Source of the DNA: Trypanosoma brucei
Taxonomy: Eukaryota
Direction: 5' to 3'
Assembly (NCBI GenBank): GCA_000002445.1
Contig: CM000207.1
Location: 1,664,001 to 1,728,000 of the forward strand
Length of the DNA stretch: 64,000 bases
The position numbers and the translations under genes were made by a program. Of the stretch, positions 1 through 10,979 are shown piece by piece (the first letter of the stretch is position 1; every line of letters begins with the position of its first letter). The notes beneath the pieces are model-generated. The model worked only from the letters and a program-made list of their open reading frames with translations. It did no database searches and had not been told where the DNA came from.

Positions 1-762
1 AGGCGAGCCGAATCGATGTAACGTTGGCGAAGCCGCGCTGCTTCCCCAAGGAGGAACCAAATGTAGGGATTGTTCTCACCCATATGAAGGACCTCAAGCA
101 AGAAACGATACGCGTCTGGGGGTGATACCTGCATGAGCAGGCGGCCAAGCTCCACCTTTGATTCATACGTTGGCTGGTGCACTTCACTAAGAGAGTGTGT
201 TAATTCAACCGCGCGTCGAAGTGACTGTAGTGCTTCCTCAGGTCGTGACTGACTGAGCCGCAGTGACGCCTGAAGCTGATGAGCCTCCACGCTTCGAGCG
301 TTGGATCTCATCGCTTGCTCAACTGCTTCCTCACAACGCTGCTCAGCCCCCGAAGTATCGCACAAATCCGTCAGGAAGAGCTCGGCAATGGCACAGTGAA
401 CAGTTGATAGCGTTTCCATTAGGGCCTCTCTCTTCTTCTTCTCTACACGCATGCAACTCCGTTTGAATCACGGGAAGGGCACGCTGGTAGTATCCCAGCG
501 CCTCTTCACCCTCGCAAAGCTGAGCGAGGTTTAGGTACTTCACGTGACCGCGTTGTGGGTCAACTTCAATGGCATGACGCAACATCTCCTTCGCACGGTG
601 AACATCTTGCACGTGATAAATCATCAAGTCCGCGTACGCCTCGAGAACATCAATGTTGTTTGGCTCTCTTGTCAACGCGACCTCGTAGAATTCTTGTGCA
701 GCGCCTACATTCCCCACATCCGTTGCGCTCTGGGCCAGAGCTAAGAGGGTCTTGACATCCAT
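1..762 (-). CDS. TPR-repeat protein, partial (runs off the left edge). Frame A is open 762->343 with ATG at 760-762. A second frame is open from 467 to <1 and reads like the same protein, so there is an apparent 1-nt frameshift in the CTT/CT tract ~429-446.
   Basis: Frame A translation LEAYADLMIYHVQDVHRAKEMLRHAIEVDPQRG...ALGYYQRALPVIQTELHA is TPR-like and ends abruptly after a poor ...CREEEERGPNGN... tail. The frame shifted by one nt reads cleanly FKRSCMRVEKKKREALMETLSTVHCAIAELFLTDLCDTSGAEQRCEEAVEQAMRSNARSVEAHQLQ...LRQRYIDSARL to position 1 (my hand translation of the reverse complement). Confidence 0.6.
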
Positions 763-1301
763 GTGTTTGCTATCGCCCTCAAGAGCACCGGTTACCGAAA
801 AGTAGTGAAAAGACTGCCACTGCTCTCCCCCAAGGGAGCGTGCGCAGCTACACTAAGGCTTCGGGGACGATGTAAGTAGATATATATATGTATATATGTA
901 ATGACAACGAAAAAAAAAAAGTAGAGAGAGAGAGAGAAGGCAGTGGTTGGTATGCTATAAACCAAATAAAAAGTTTCATAGAGGGGGGAAGGGATGGGCG
1001 TCTATATCAAGAGCGGTATGAAACCGCGTTTACGTCTCGTTTTGCAAAGCGCAGCCCGCCTGCAGCTTTACGTATCTACACACATGCATATCTACACATG
1101 TATATATATACATGTTACATATACGCACCCAGCCTGCTGCATCCTGTGTTAATGCACCACACGCGCGCGCCCGAAGTGATGGTACATGTTACGACTATAC
1201 GCGCACCACAAAAACACTTCCTTCTCTGCATGTGTTTCGGATGCAAACGTTTTATGCTTGGCCCGCCCCTAATACTGCAGCGAAGGCGAAGTTCTGCCTT
1301 G

Positions 1302-2108
1302 TCAGTCGTCACTGTCCAACTGAGCAAACTGTTCTGCCAACAGAAGTCGATCGAATATGTGGAGCAGTTCCTCTTCATAGTTTACCTCGTGGCGCTCGTT
1401 AAGCTCAGCTTCAACCCGTAAAATCCGAAGGTCACGAGTTGTGAGATGGTAAGGTGCGCAGCGCAGTACATCCATATACTGGTCAATTGATAGCAAAGAA
1501 GTATCGGATCGGTCAGCGAAGCGTAAAAGTTTCAAAAATTCCTGCTGCACGTCAATCCTTGAAAGCCCATGTACAGTGGTATCCTCGCGGTTGCTCACCT
1601 GAAAGTTGTGCTCGGTACTCCAAACGAAACGCAACGCTGGAAACGACTCACACGCGAACTCTGCATAGTTCACTGGTTCCTTCTCAACCAGTTGCGTGGC
1701 CGTCAGAACATAGAGAGCTTGGGGAAGAGTTAATCCGTATGATTTGAGTAAAGCCTCCTTAATCGCCTTCACGGGTAGAACCCCATTGTTTTCGCTATCA
1801 TGTTCAACAAACATATCTATATATTGCTGCAACCGCTCCCCATATTCCTCCTCTTCCTCCTCCCGTGTGTTGGGTCGTGATTCGAGGTGTGGCAACGCTG
1901 GTGCCGTCATACGATGCTCTCCGGCAGGTTTTGCGTCCATCTCACGTGCTAGTCGTTTGAAGTAGTTGGCACTCCACTGCAAAATATCTTCCGGTTGCTC
2001 CCGTAGCACCTCGCGGGCATATTCCTTCAATACCCCAGGAAACTCGGGTGGGAGGTGTTGACGCGGTTGATAACGATTGGCTAATGTGCGCTCACGGAAT
2101 GTTTCCAT
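1302..2108 (-). CDS. RIIa (PKA regulatory subunit dimerisation/docking)-domain protein, likely flagellar. The first in-frame ATG is codon 4 of the ORF-track entry; the codon at 2117 is TTG.
   Basis: The N-terminal motif LPPEFPGVLKEYAREVLREQPEDILQWSANYFKRLA matches the RIIa/DPY-30 docking-domain consensus. There is an acidic stretch EEEEEEY. A purine-rich (= minus-strand polypyrimidine) tract lies just upstream at 2122-2155. Confidence 0.7.
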   Translation of the reverse strand: METFRERTLANRYQPRQHLPPEFPGVLKEYAREVLREQPEDILQWSANYFKRLAREMDAKPAGEHRMTAPALPHLESRPNTREEEEEEYGERLQQYIDMFVEHDSENNGVLPVKAIKEALLKSYGLTLPQALYVLTATQLVEKEPVNYAEFACESFPALRFVWSTEHNFQVSNREDTTVHGLSRIDVQQEFLKLLRFADRSDTSLLSIDQYMDVLRCAPYHLTTRDLRILRVEAELNERHEVNYEEELLHIFDRLLLAEQFAQLDSDD

Positions 2109-3130
2109 CGTACCCAAAGTGGAAAAAAGAAAAAGAATAGAAGAATAAAGAAACTATTACTACCTCTTTCCTCCCTTTGCCTTTCTTTTCTTATTTTTTT
2201 TCCACTGGTGTTGAAAAGAACTCGCAGCAAAAGCGTGAAACGCAGGGGTCTCTTGATTCCCTTCGGTGTGGGCCTCCTCCACTACTCTAACTATTATTTA
2301 TTCTTTGAATGGCACCTTTTTTGTACACTCGCTTCTTCTTGATTGCTAGAAATAAACCAAGCGCCAAAGTGTTCTAGTGCGTTGTACTTGGATGGTATCG
2401 CTCTGGATACCACAAGAAAAAAAAAGTGGGAAAGCGTGAGGTGGGTTGGCGAAAAAAATAAAAAAAGAAGAGAAAAAAAACAAAGTGCGGAGAAGTCAAC
2501 TGCGACAAGTGTCGAATGCATAAAGTCGTCAACAGAAAAGAAAAAAACAGAGACAAGGGCAAAGAACTGCGCACGCGCACGCGCACAAGCTGCACAAACA
2601 GGCATGCGTGTAGTGGTAGTAGTAAAACTATACGAGTTAATTGCGGCAATGTCTGCCCCGGAGGCCGTGAACCAACCACCAAATTAGGAGGAAGGAGACG
2701 GAAGAAGAAGAAGAAAAGACAGTGTCGTGGAATTCAGAATTCAGCAAAACACAAACGGGGGGAAAATTAGACTACACTAAAGATAAAAAAAAAGATGTAA
2801 GTGTTTAGCCGCGGCCATGTATACGACTCTTCCCACTGTTGGATAAGGAGGTTGATGTGTAAAGTGGTCTATGGGGTTATTTTTCAGTTGCTATAGGCCT
2901 CTCATCCGCTGCTGTTCCTTTTTTGCTCTTTTACTTCACACGATTTAGGAGCATATGTATACATGCGTCAAAGACTGCTTGCGGCTAATACATTCAAAGA
3001 AATGTCTCATGGTTCAACGAATGATAACCGCAACTCGCAGACCCACACATGAAATGCGACAGCAGACGGAAACGGAAAAAAAAATAAAAAAAAAGAGAGG
3101 GCTATCTGTAATTCTTTACGTACATCACTT

Positions 3131-6100
3131 TTACACGCCACCGTAGAGCATCTGGTTGAGTTCCTCCGAAAGGGGGAATTTTTCCTCATCAAGCACCTCA
3201 CAAACTCCATTACTGCGCACAATAAACTTTCTGTTGTCATCCAGCCACCGTAACTCGTATTTCCCGCCTACAAACACCTGCACAGCCCCGTTGGAGAGCA
3301 TAAAGCCACTCATAGAGTTTTCCATATGGAAGCGGTACCAGCGAACAAATACAAAGGGATCACCATTGCATTGAAATGCTGTTTGTGGTGGGCAATAAAC
3401 AGACATAATACCGGGAGACCGCCGCTGTTTTAACATATGTGTGTCGTGGGTTTCGACCAATTGAAGGACATCGTAGATCTTCTTCTCCTCATTCAATGCT
3501 TGTGCCAACGACAAGATACGCGCCACGTCATTATCTTCCTCGATATCAACACGATCTACGACGTATACGATGTGTTCCAACACTGACAGCACAGCTGAGT
3601 GCACAGAAAAACTATGGTTGAAAAATGTAACACCAGTACGTCCCGGCTGAATATGATATGTGACAGCGACTGAGTCGCCTCCTTCTTCCTCCATAGGATA
3701 AAAGTGGTAGTAGCGTATCCAATCACCGTTAAGCAGCATGTGACGTTCCTCAGGTGTGGGTGGGACACTCCGAGACCCGACAGAGAGACGCTCCATCGGT
3801 TTCCATTCACCACTTAGCGTGCGGGGTATTCCTTCGAACCTCCTTGGCGGCGGTACAACTTCCGATTTACTCATTGACAAACGCTCTGCCTTCCTCCGCG
3901 CCACAATTCCCACTACCTCAGCCGCCGGCTCTCGAGACCTCTTGCGTTCCAGTGCTGGCACCGATGCTCGTCGTTTCGGCCGACCACGCTTCGGACTGAC
4001 TGGTTTCACCTCCAACCGACTTTTTACACCAGTCCTAGCAGCTTCGGTTGGAACACTACGACTGCGACGCCCCTGAGATCTCCCCCTTGGCTTGTTCACT
4101 GTAGCTGCATCATTTAGCCTCTTCACGCACGAGCAACTGTGCCTGCGAAGCGCACCTGAACTGGCAAACTCCCTGCCGCAGGCGTCGCAGGTGTAATTAT
4201 TGGCATACTCCTCGTAACATTTTGGACACATGTCCCTACCGCATTGGCAGTGAAAGAAGTACATACTTGATCCAACTGGTTCGAATTCAAAACAGCAGAC
4301 ATCACATACGAAGCCGTACCTGTACTTCTTGTTTGCGCGACCCATTTCCCTGAATGTATGCGGGTGAGTGGCGGACTTTCGCTGCTCTTTCTCCAACCAC
4401 ACCATATGCTCTCGATCAAATAACTCCGTCACGACAGTGGATAGCCGGGTCACCATGCATGAATGCTCTAAGAGTAAAAGCGACGTTTTGACGTTTCGCA
4501 CAGCATTCTCCATGGTAACAAATCCTGATACAACCTCCGCCCCATTCCCCTTCTTTTTACGGGCCGTAACAGTGCTGCCTCGCCTTGCCCCAACTCCATG
4601 GCTATTGTTCCCTCCCCCTCGTTTGGTATCAACCGTATGTTCAATAGGCGATGTGCTCCGTTGCACAGTGCCATTTGCACTTTTTGGCTTGGGATCTCTT
4701 TTCCCCACGAGATTTATACCCTTCGCTCGATCCACATTGTTCGAACGAGGTTGACGCCCCTGTGGTGAGCGCTGGCCGATATTCAATCCTGTTTTCGTCT
4801 CTTCTTTGCCCTCCGCCTCCAACAATACCAATGAGGCTGCGGCACTGCCTGTAGGGAAATCCGCATTTCCACGGCCTTCCGTTGTGCAAGGAACAGGCGT
4901 TACTGTCCTACTTCTTGCATTCACGCGAGAGTTTGCACGTGACGCTGACGAAGCCGCGGCCCTAGCGGATCTCGACCTGCTCCGTTTCAGGCTCCTCTCT
5001 GTTTCCTCGGCTATAACAGACGAAATCTCACGAATAGGCTTTTTCACTTTAGGGTCGGGCCTTACATCGTAGACTTGATGTATCGGCACACCACCCACCG
5101 ATAACTCCTCCCTAGCGACGAATTTCAAAGACGAACGGTGTCCCTCCTCCGTCTCTTCCTCGTCAGAACCTCTTATTCTGCTTTCTGTGAGGCTTGCGTT
5201 CACATCGGCACTTCGCTGCTCGACAGCACGCAGCAAATGAGACTCATCGTGCGAAAGTAGAAAATCATCCTCCACGCCGAGGAAAGTAGTTACCACCCTT
5301 GGGGTTGCTCTGCGCCTATCGCCCCATTCCGGTCTCATGAGGAGAGCGTTGATATCTGGACGATTTTGTGGATCAGGGACAAGGACGAAGTCCACAAGTC
5401 CCCGTAGCTTCCTGGAGACGCTACAACCACTAGGCCACGACCATTCAGCGGCAGCGACACGACGAAGCAACTCAGCGTTTTCCTTCGGTATTTCGTGGGA
5501 CTGCTTGTCATTCGGAGAGGCGTCGGTGGGTATGGCAGCAGTGTTATGCATATTGGTGTCAGCAGTTCTCTCTGTCATCCGCGGGGCACCTGTGGAGGCA
5601 TACGGATTCCGTTGTGCGAAAATTGAAAAAAGCACCATTCCCACAGACCACACATCTGCTGCCGCACCAACGCTAACTCTCTGATCCCTGTGTAAAGCGT
5701 TATGAGCCATCTCCGGGGCCATGAATGCGATAGTGCCAGCGACTACATCTCCAGGAGGAGGGTTCCACACAGACGTCGCAAGTCCAAAATCTATGAGTTT
5801 TAAGTTACCATCCAAATCGAAGACAAAATTCTGAAGTTTAACATCCCTGTGGATGCAATGTTGTTCATGGACGTACGCCACTGCTTGCACTACTTGGTAT
5901 GCAACGAACAACTTGTCCGCCTCATCTGTTAGACACTTTGACAGAAGGAAGTCATGCAGTGTGTGTGGGAAACACAATTCCATCCCCACAGCCATGAGGT
6001 CCCCGGACTTATTCAATGCACCAAATAAAAACCGTGGCAGCAGGAGTTTTCCTTTTGTGCAGACCCTTCCAAGCACTTCCAGTTCCTGCTTGAGCCGTGT

Positions 6101-6307
6101 AACCTTTCCTGTTGTAATCTTTAATGCCAATCTCGGATATTCATCACAAGAGGCTCTGTAAACGGTGCCAAAAGAACCTTGTCCAATGCGTTCGCACGCC
6201 TCCAGGGATAAACACTTTCCTTGAGATGAATCACGAGAAGGCAATCGCACCCTCACAGCACGCACGCAGCCCTCCTCGTACAATATTTGTTCTACTGTGC
6301 CAATCAT
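3131..6307 (-). CDS. Ser/Thr protein kinase with an N-terminal kinase domain, a central Cys/His cluster (C2H2-like) and a C-terminal region with two polo-box-like motifs. The first ATG is codon 6; the codon at 6322 is TTG.
   Basis: Kinase motifs: GQGSFGTVY, ALK, HRDVKLQN (non-canonical catalytic loop), DFG and APE (FMAPEM). The cluster CDVCCFEFEPVGSSMYFFHCQCGRDMCPKCYEEYANNYTCDACGREFASSGALRRHSCSC is C2H2-like. The C-terminus reads W..Y.F...VAVTYHIQPGRTGVTFFN... and FVRWYRFHMENSMSGFMLSNGAVQVFV..., resembling the polo-box W..Y...G.GY.LSNG.VQV.F consensus. Confidence 0.75.
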   Translation of the reverse strand: MIGTVEQILYEEGCVRAVRVRLPSRDSSQGKCLSLEACERIGQGSFGTVYRASCDEYPRLALKITTGKVTRLKQELEVLGRVCTKGKLLLPRFLFGALNKSGDLMAVGMELCFPHTLHDFLLSKCLTDEADKLFVAYQVVQAVAYVHEQHCIHRDVKLQNFVFDLDGNLKLIDFGLATSVWNPPPGDVVAGTIAFMAPEMAHNALHRDQRVSVGAAADVWSVGMVLFSIFAQRNPYASTGAPRMTERTADTNMHNTAAIPTDASPNDKQSHEIPKENAELLRRVAAAEWSWPSGCSVSRKLRGLVDFVLVPDPQNRPDINALLMRPEWGDRRRATPRVVTTFLGVEDDFLLSHDESHLLRAVEQRSADVNASLTESRIRGSDEEETEEGHRSSLKFVAREELSVGGVPIHQVYDVRPDPKVKKPIREISSVIAEETERSLKRSRSRSARAAASSASRANSRVNARSRTVTPVPCTTEGRGNADFPTGSAAASLVLLEAEGKEETKTGLNIGQRSPQGRQPRSNNVDRAKGINLVGKRDPKPKSANGTVQRSTSPIEHTVDTKRGGGNNSHGVGARRGSTVTARKKKGNGAEVVSGFVTMENAVRNVKTSLLLLEHSCMVTRLSTVVTELFDREHMVWLEKEQRKSATHPHTFREMGRANKKYRYGFVCDVCCFEFEPVGSSMYFFHCQCGRDMCPKCYEEYANNYTCDACGREFASSGALRRHSCSCVKRLNDAATVNKPRGRSQGRRSRSVPTEAARTGVKSRLEVKPVSPKRGRPKRRASVPALERKRSREPAAEVVGIVARRKAERLSMSKSEVVPPPRRFEGIPRTLSGEWKPMERLSVGSRSVPPTPEERHMLLNGDWIRYYHFYPMEEEGGDSVAVTYHIQPGRTGVTFFNHSFSVHSAVLSVLEHIVYVVDRVDIEEDNDVARILSLAQALNEEKKIYDVLQLVETHDTHMLKQRRSPGIMSVYCPPQTAFQCNGDPFVFVRWYRFHMENSMSGFMLSNGAVQVFVGGKYELRWLDDNRKFIVRSNGVCEVLDEEKFPLSEELNQMLYGGV

Positions 6308-6760
6308 ATCCAAAAAATGCAAGTGTACTATCTCCCTTGCGCTTTACTGGTAATATATAATTAATAAATAAAGAACAAGAGGGGGAAAAAAGGAGAGTAA
6401 CCAAAAACAATGTAACAACAACAAAGGAAAGGAAAGGAAATTTACCAATGACTGTGTTATTGTTCCTTCTTTTTTCTTTCTTCTTTTTTTCTTGATCCTT
6501 TTCTTTTTTTTCTTCTCGTGCGTGTGGCAGTGAACACAATTGTTTATTGATGTGAATTGCGAAAAGCAACAACAACAACTTCAGCAGATAGGTGGAAAAC
6601 CGGTCACAAAAGTAGAGTGCAAAGGGGTGAGAAGTTACCCGCTACTAATCCCCGAGCTGTAAAAAAAAAAAAAAGCAACGGAGTATAATTTTCGAAGGAA
6701 AAAAGCACCAGGAGTCACGAAATAAACAAAAATAAAAATATATATATATATGCAACACCA

Positions 6761-7099
6761 TCACAAACTCTCAGAGAACGACGGATGCGCTGCTGCACAG
6801 ATAAATTCATCCCGCACCTTCTCATCTGTCAGGCACTGTAAGAAATATAATATTTTCACCGATTTTAGTTTCTTCCGCATTGCAGCAGTCGCCGAATATT
6901 TATGCAGCACTTCCCGAAGATATGATTGGACTTCTTCATTTAAAAGCGACGAGCAAAGCGCTGCACCGCTAGTAGGCATGAGCGAATGCGACACAATCAA
7001 ATGAATAGCACGCGCATTGGAGAAACATTCATTTAAAAGTTTAAGTTCGTTTTGCTCCCTTGTGATATCAGCGGATGCTTCAGCAGGAATATGTTCCAT
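6761..7099 (-). CDS. Candidate small hypothetical protein (112 aa) inside a long intergenic spacer
   Basis: ATG at 7097-7099. The ORF is non-repetitive and protein-like (MEHIPAEASADITREQNELKLLNECFSNARAIHLIVSHS...), on the same strand as the surrounding transcription unit. There is no recognisable domain and the third codon positions are AT-rich. Confidence 0.3.
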   Translation of the reverse strand: MEHIPAEASADITREQNELKLLNECFSNARAIHLIVSHSLMPTSGAALCSSLLNEEVQSYLREVLHKYSATAAMRKKLKSVKILYFLQCLTDEKVRDEFICAAAHPSFSESL

Positions 7100-7146
7100 A
7101 CCCTTATGTTTTTATTTCCTATCCAACACACATATATGTGCGTATT

Positions 7147-7147
7147 A

Positions 7148-7216
<69 letters not shown>
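7147..7216. repeat. (TA)n microsatellite, ~28 perfect units plus an imperfect lead-in
   Basis: Read directly: tatatacatatatatatatatatatatatatatatatatatatatatatatatatatatatatatatat. Confidence 0.95.
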
Positions 7217-7218
<2 letters not shown>

Positions 7219-10115
7219 TAGTAATAGATCTAAAGCACTCGAGTTGTATGCCCATTGCGGTGACGCATCATATGGGTGAAGAGATAAAAATTAAAAAAAA
7301 AAAATAAAGAAAAGAAAAGAAGGTAAAAGTGCGATGAAGATCAAAACATAAAAACTACAAAAAATAAAATAAAAGCGTTTCACTCAGCACATAAAGGGTA
7401 CGAGACAGTCAGACAATACGCAAAGGCGATGAATTTGAAGGTGATCAAACTTTGTCGATGAGTTTCCTTTGGTTTGGTTTTTTTAAAAAAAAAAACAAAG
7501 TCAAATAGAAAAAATGGAAAGGAAGGGAAAAAAAAAGGAATAGGAGTACGAAGCATCAGAAAGGAACATTAAAACCAAACAAACAAATTTCTTCCCTTGC
7601 ATGTGTACACGTGCCCAGCACAATAGATAATTAGTATTGGAAAAGAAAAATAGCGGGACAACTGAGACGAAACAACCAAAGGCACTCAGCAACCCGCTTG
7701 TCACAAAGTTGCAGTGAGAAAAGAGTTAATTGACAACAACAAAAAAAAAAAAAACAGCACCCCAAAACAACACCAACAACAACAGAAAAATAAAAAAAAA
7801 ACATGAAACAACAAAAGACGAAACTATACGCCATTTGATGCGGCGTCACGGCTACTGCTAAAAGAAACAAAAGAAATCACACTATAATTCAGGCGTAAAA
7901 AAGAAAATGTCAAAAACAGACATATCACCAAAAACTACACCGATCCCTCTCCTGCCAGAGCCCATTTTTTTATACGATCTTCAGGGGAGCGTAAACATAA
8001 TCTTAAGAAAAAAAAAAGGAAAAAAGTGTTAGTGTTAAACATGAAAAAAAAGAAAAAGAGCAGCAACAACAACAAATGAAAAGACGTTTAAAGTATGTCT
8101 CCCATGTTTCACTGTGTGCCACATATCTTTCATTTTCTTCTTCATTTCCTCCTACACGCGCAAGACAAAAACAAACGAAAACAAAAAAAAAACAAACACA
8201 TTCGAAGAAAAAAAAGAATGAGGAAACAAACAAACATTCACATATCCCTCTAAAACAAGGGTTAGGGTGAGACACCCCCGCCCCCTCCCAAAAAAAAAAA
8301 AACATTTAACACCTATGCGTTATTTTAGTTTCATCTCCCACCTCCTTCAATATGCATATGCATATCACCTCTTTATTTAATTGTTTCTACACCCCCTTTT
8401 TTTTTTTACATATTTCCATTGTCGCCATTACACACACGCATACGCATACGCCTATATATATATATATATATATATATTATATTTCACTTCTTTTTTGCCT
8501 CTTTTTTCATCCTTCTTTTTTCCAAAAAGGAAGTTGATTTGAATCATTCATTTTTCGTTGTTTTCCCCCTTTATTTATTTCCCCCTTCTCATTCTTCAGT
8601 GAGACGTATACGCAACGAAAGTTAAGTGCAGCTGATGAGTTAATGAACACACTGCTGTGAAGAGAGACAGACACACACACAAGCGCAGATAAGAGTGAAA
8701 AAAATGAAAATAAATGAATGAAAATAAGCAAAAGGAGGGAAAGAAAAAGAAAAAAGAAAAAATTTCTTGCATGCGTAAGACGAGTACATAGACGCACAGA
8801 CACATGATGTCAAAATGTAGCGCGGATGAAGGAGGCATCCGCAACAACAAAAAAAAATATATATATATATATTCATTGCAGGAATATACAACAAGGGGGA
8901 AAATCGGAAATTGTAAACTAAAACAAAAATCACCACTTTTCATTTTTGTTCCCCCTCCCCTTTCTTTCTTTTTCTCTCCCTTCTTTTCTTCTTTCCTCTT
9001 TTTTTTTTTTTCGCTCACCGTCACTAATTAAAACAACACCTCCCGCACACGGACACATCCCTCTCCCTCTTCCCCTTCCACCGATTGGATGCAAAAATTA
9101 AAATAAAATAAAACGTAAATAAGTAAGTAACAAATTTTTAAAAAAATGAGACGGAAAGGCAGACGGGAAATTGAATGCAGAAAGGGTGAAAAATAAAAAT
9201 AAAAATAATAGTAATAGTAACAATAAAGATAATAATGATAATCATCATCATCACAATAATCATCCCACCACTAAGCAAAGAAGAAAAAAAAGGTACGTAA
9301 CAACGCTTGAAGGAAAACAACAAAAAAAGTAGGATGGAAGAGTTTAAGGAAAGGAAAGGTAAGGTAAGACTGGATTCCGTGCAATTACACTCAAAAGTGC
9401 ATAAGCAAGCAAACAAACACACATAAATAAATATGTGTATATGCGCGTAAAGGACAAGAACATCTTTTACTTCATTCCTCTCGCTGCTTCCTTATATTAG
9501 AAAAGGTTAACAGCGATTCCTCTTCTTTTTGCTTTTCTCTTTCCATCCCCGCCCCGCCTCCTCTGTTTTTTTTTTCCTTCTTCTTTAATAGGCTTAGGCA
9601 TTTGTTTGGTGGTATTTGTGGCATTTCCCCACGCCGCTTCATATTGTTTGTTTTGTTTTGAAAAAAAAAAAAGTGGAAAATTATCAAAAGTAATAGAACG
9701 TGTAAGTGGCTAATGTCGAAAGACAGAAGCGGGTCGGAACAACAACAAATCATAAGGCCAAATAACCAGCTGTTTGATCATTTAACCCAACCCGAAACAT
9801 ATATATTTACTTATTTATTTTATATATGTGATATTTACATCTATATGCAACGAAAAGAAAAAGAAGCAGAGCAACCGGAAGAAACAAATAAACGTAGGAG
9901 GCATAAGCGCATCCTCTCCTTCCACTGTTTTCTCTCCAGATTCTTTTCATCCTTTGGATTTTTTTGGATTCTCCTCCATTCTCATTTTCTTTCCTTCTTC
10001 TTCCCCTTTCCCCCCCCCATTAACTTAAAAAAAAGAGAAACAAAGACCTCCCCTACCCCATTTCATGTCTTCACTCTCAGTCCCCTCATTTCGTTTGGTA
10101 ATTGAAGTGTATACT

Positions 10116-10979
10116 TTAGATGTTAAAGAAAACCCCCCACGTTTTAATAATACTAGCGTTGATGGCCTCATTTGTAGGCATCTTGAGATGACGTTGCAGG
10201 CAATGTCCCTCTCCTTCTAAACTTACCGCCGTCACTTTGGTCCCCAAAACGATATTGGGCCCAACAGTGCAATGAGGCAGCGGGCACCGCGACGATCCCG
10301 CTCGACTCCGTTTGACGCAACCGGACGGCGCTTTAGGCGGGATCCGCTTCCCAACACGCGGCCGGGGAGGTGATGGTTTTGACTGACATTCCTCCTCCTT
10401 GTCAGCAGGCATATTTGCAAAAAGAGATGCAGCGCGGGAGTCATAACTTCTTTCTTCACTTCCATGCGTCCATGATACTTGATTCCGCCTTACCGCATGA
10501 TGGTGTCCACGCACCGCACGGAATGCAGAGCCCTGTTGATAATCTTGCGCAAGAGACGGCCCCAGTGAGCCCATTGGGGAATCCCGCTTGTCGCATGGAT
10601 GGGAACATGGCGGCATCGTCGGCTGACTGTAAGCTGATGGGCTACTCGCAGAATTTAGTGAACTCGTGGTAGACGAAAAAAATGGCTGTGGAGACCTCAC
10701 CACCGGAGCAACCGCCTCCACATCCCGCCCTTTTTTTTGCATTAGCGTCTGCCGCTGTATGGCACTAATAGCGTCAGCATATCCCAGGTCATACAGATAT
10801 CGACGTGCAGGGTCGCTGAGAACATCATACGCATCTTTCACTTCGCTGAAATTCCTTGATTGATCAGCATCGGTGCGATCAGGATGACACAACAAGGCAA
10901 ACCGCTTGAACGCCTCCCTTATTTCTTTGGCTGTGCATGATGGATGAAGGTTTAGTACAGCGTAGTAATCCACGAACAT
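10116..10979 (-). CDS. DnaJ (J-domain) protein. The start is ATG at MFVDYY; the ORF-track M at 10994 is GTG.
   Basis: The N-terminal J domain DYYAVLNLHPSCTAKEIREAFKRFALLCHPDRTD...FSEVKDAYDVLSDPARRYLYDLGY includes the HPD motif. The C-terminus is low complexity. Confidence 0.8.
   Translation of the reverse strand: MFVDYYAVLNLHPSCTAKEIREAFKRFALLCHPDRTDADQSRNFSEVKDAYDVLSDPARRYLYDLGYADAISAIQRQTLMQKKGRDVEAVAPVVRSPQPFFSSTTSSLNSASSPSAYSQPTMPPCSHPCDKRDSPMGSLGPSLAQDYQQGSAFRAVRGHHHAVRRNQVSWTHGSEERSYDSRAASLFANMPADKEEECQSKPSPPRPRVGKRIPPKAPSGCVKRSRAGSSRCPLPHCTVGPNIVLGTKVTAVSLEGEGHCLQRHLKMPTNEAINASIIKTWGVFFNI

Noticed and set aside
888-1421. 177-aa plus-strand ORF
   Set aside because: It is antisense to and overlapping the RIIa gene and the repeat-rich spacer. 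The sequence is low complexity (homopolymers, TA repeats) and it is on the wrong strand for this transcription unit.
4277-4287. ggttcgaattc T-loop-like motif (a similar gggttcgag on the minus strand near 58911)
   Set aside because: There are no complementary acceptor or T-stem sequences and no flanking tRNA structure. The first lies inside the kinase CDS.
8596-9024. 142-aa minus-strand ORF, and many similar ones (8003..8305, 9138..9422, 9713..10105, 16086..16637, 20141..20509, 20592..21005, 24888..25240, 25781..26098, 34251..34556, 34686..35093, 35134..35496)
   Set aside because: They are translations of poly-purine/pyrimidine and microsatellite tracts (F/L/S/K-rich) with no domain signal, and they lie inside spacers.
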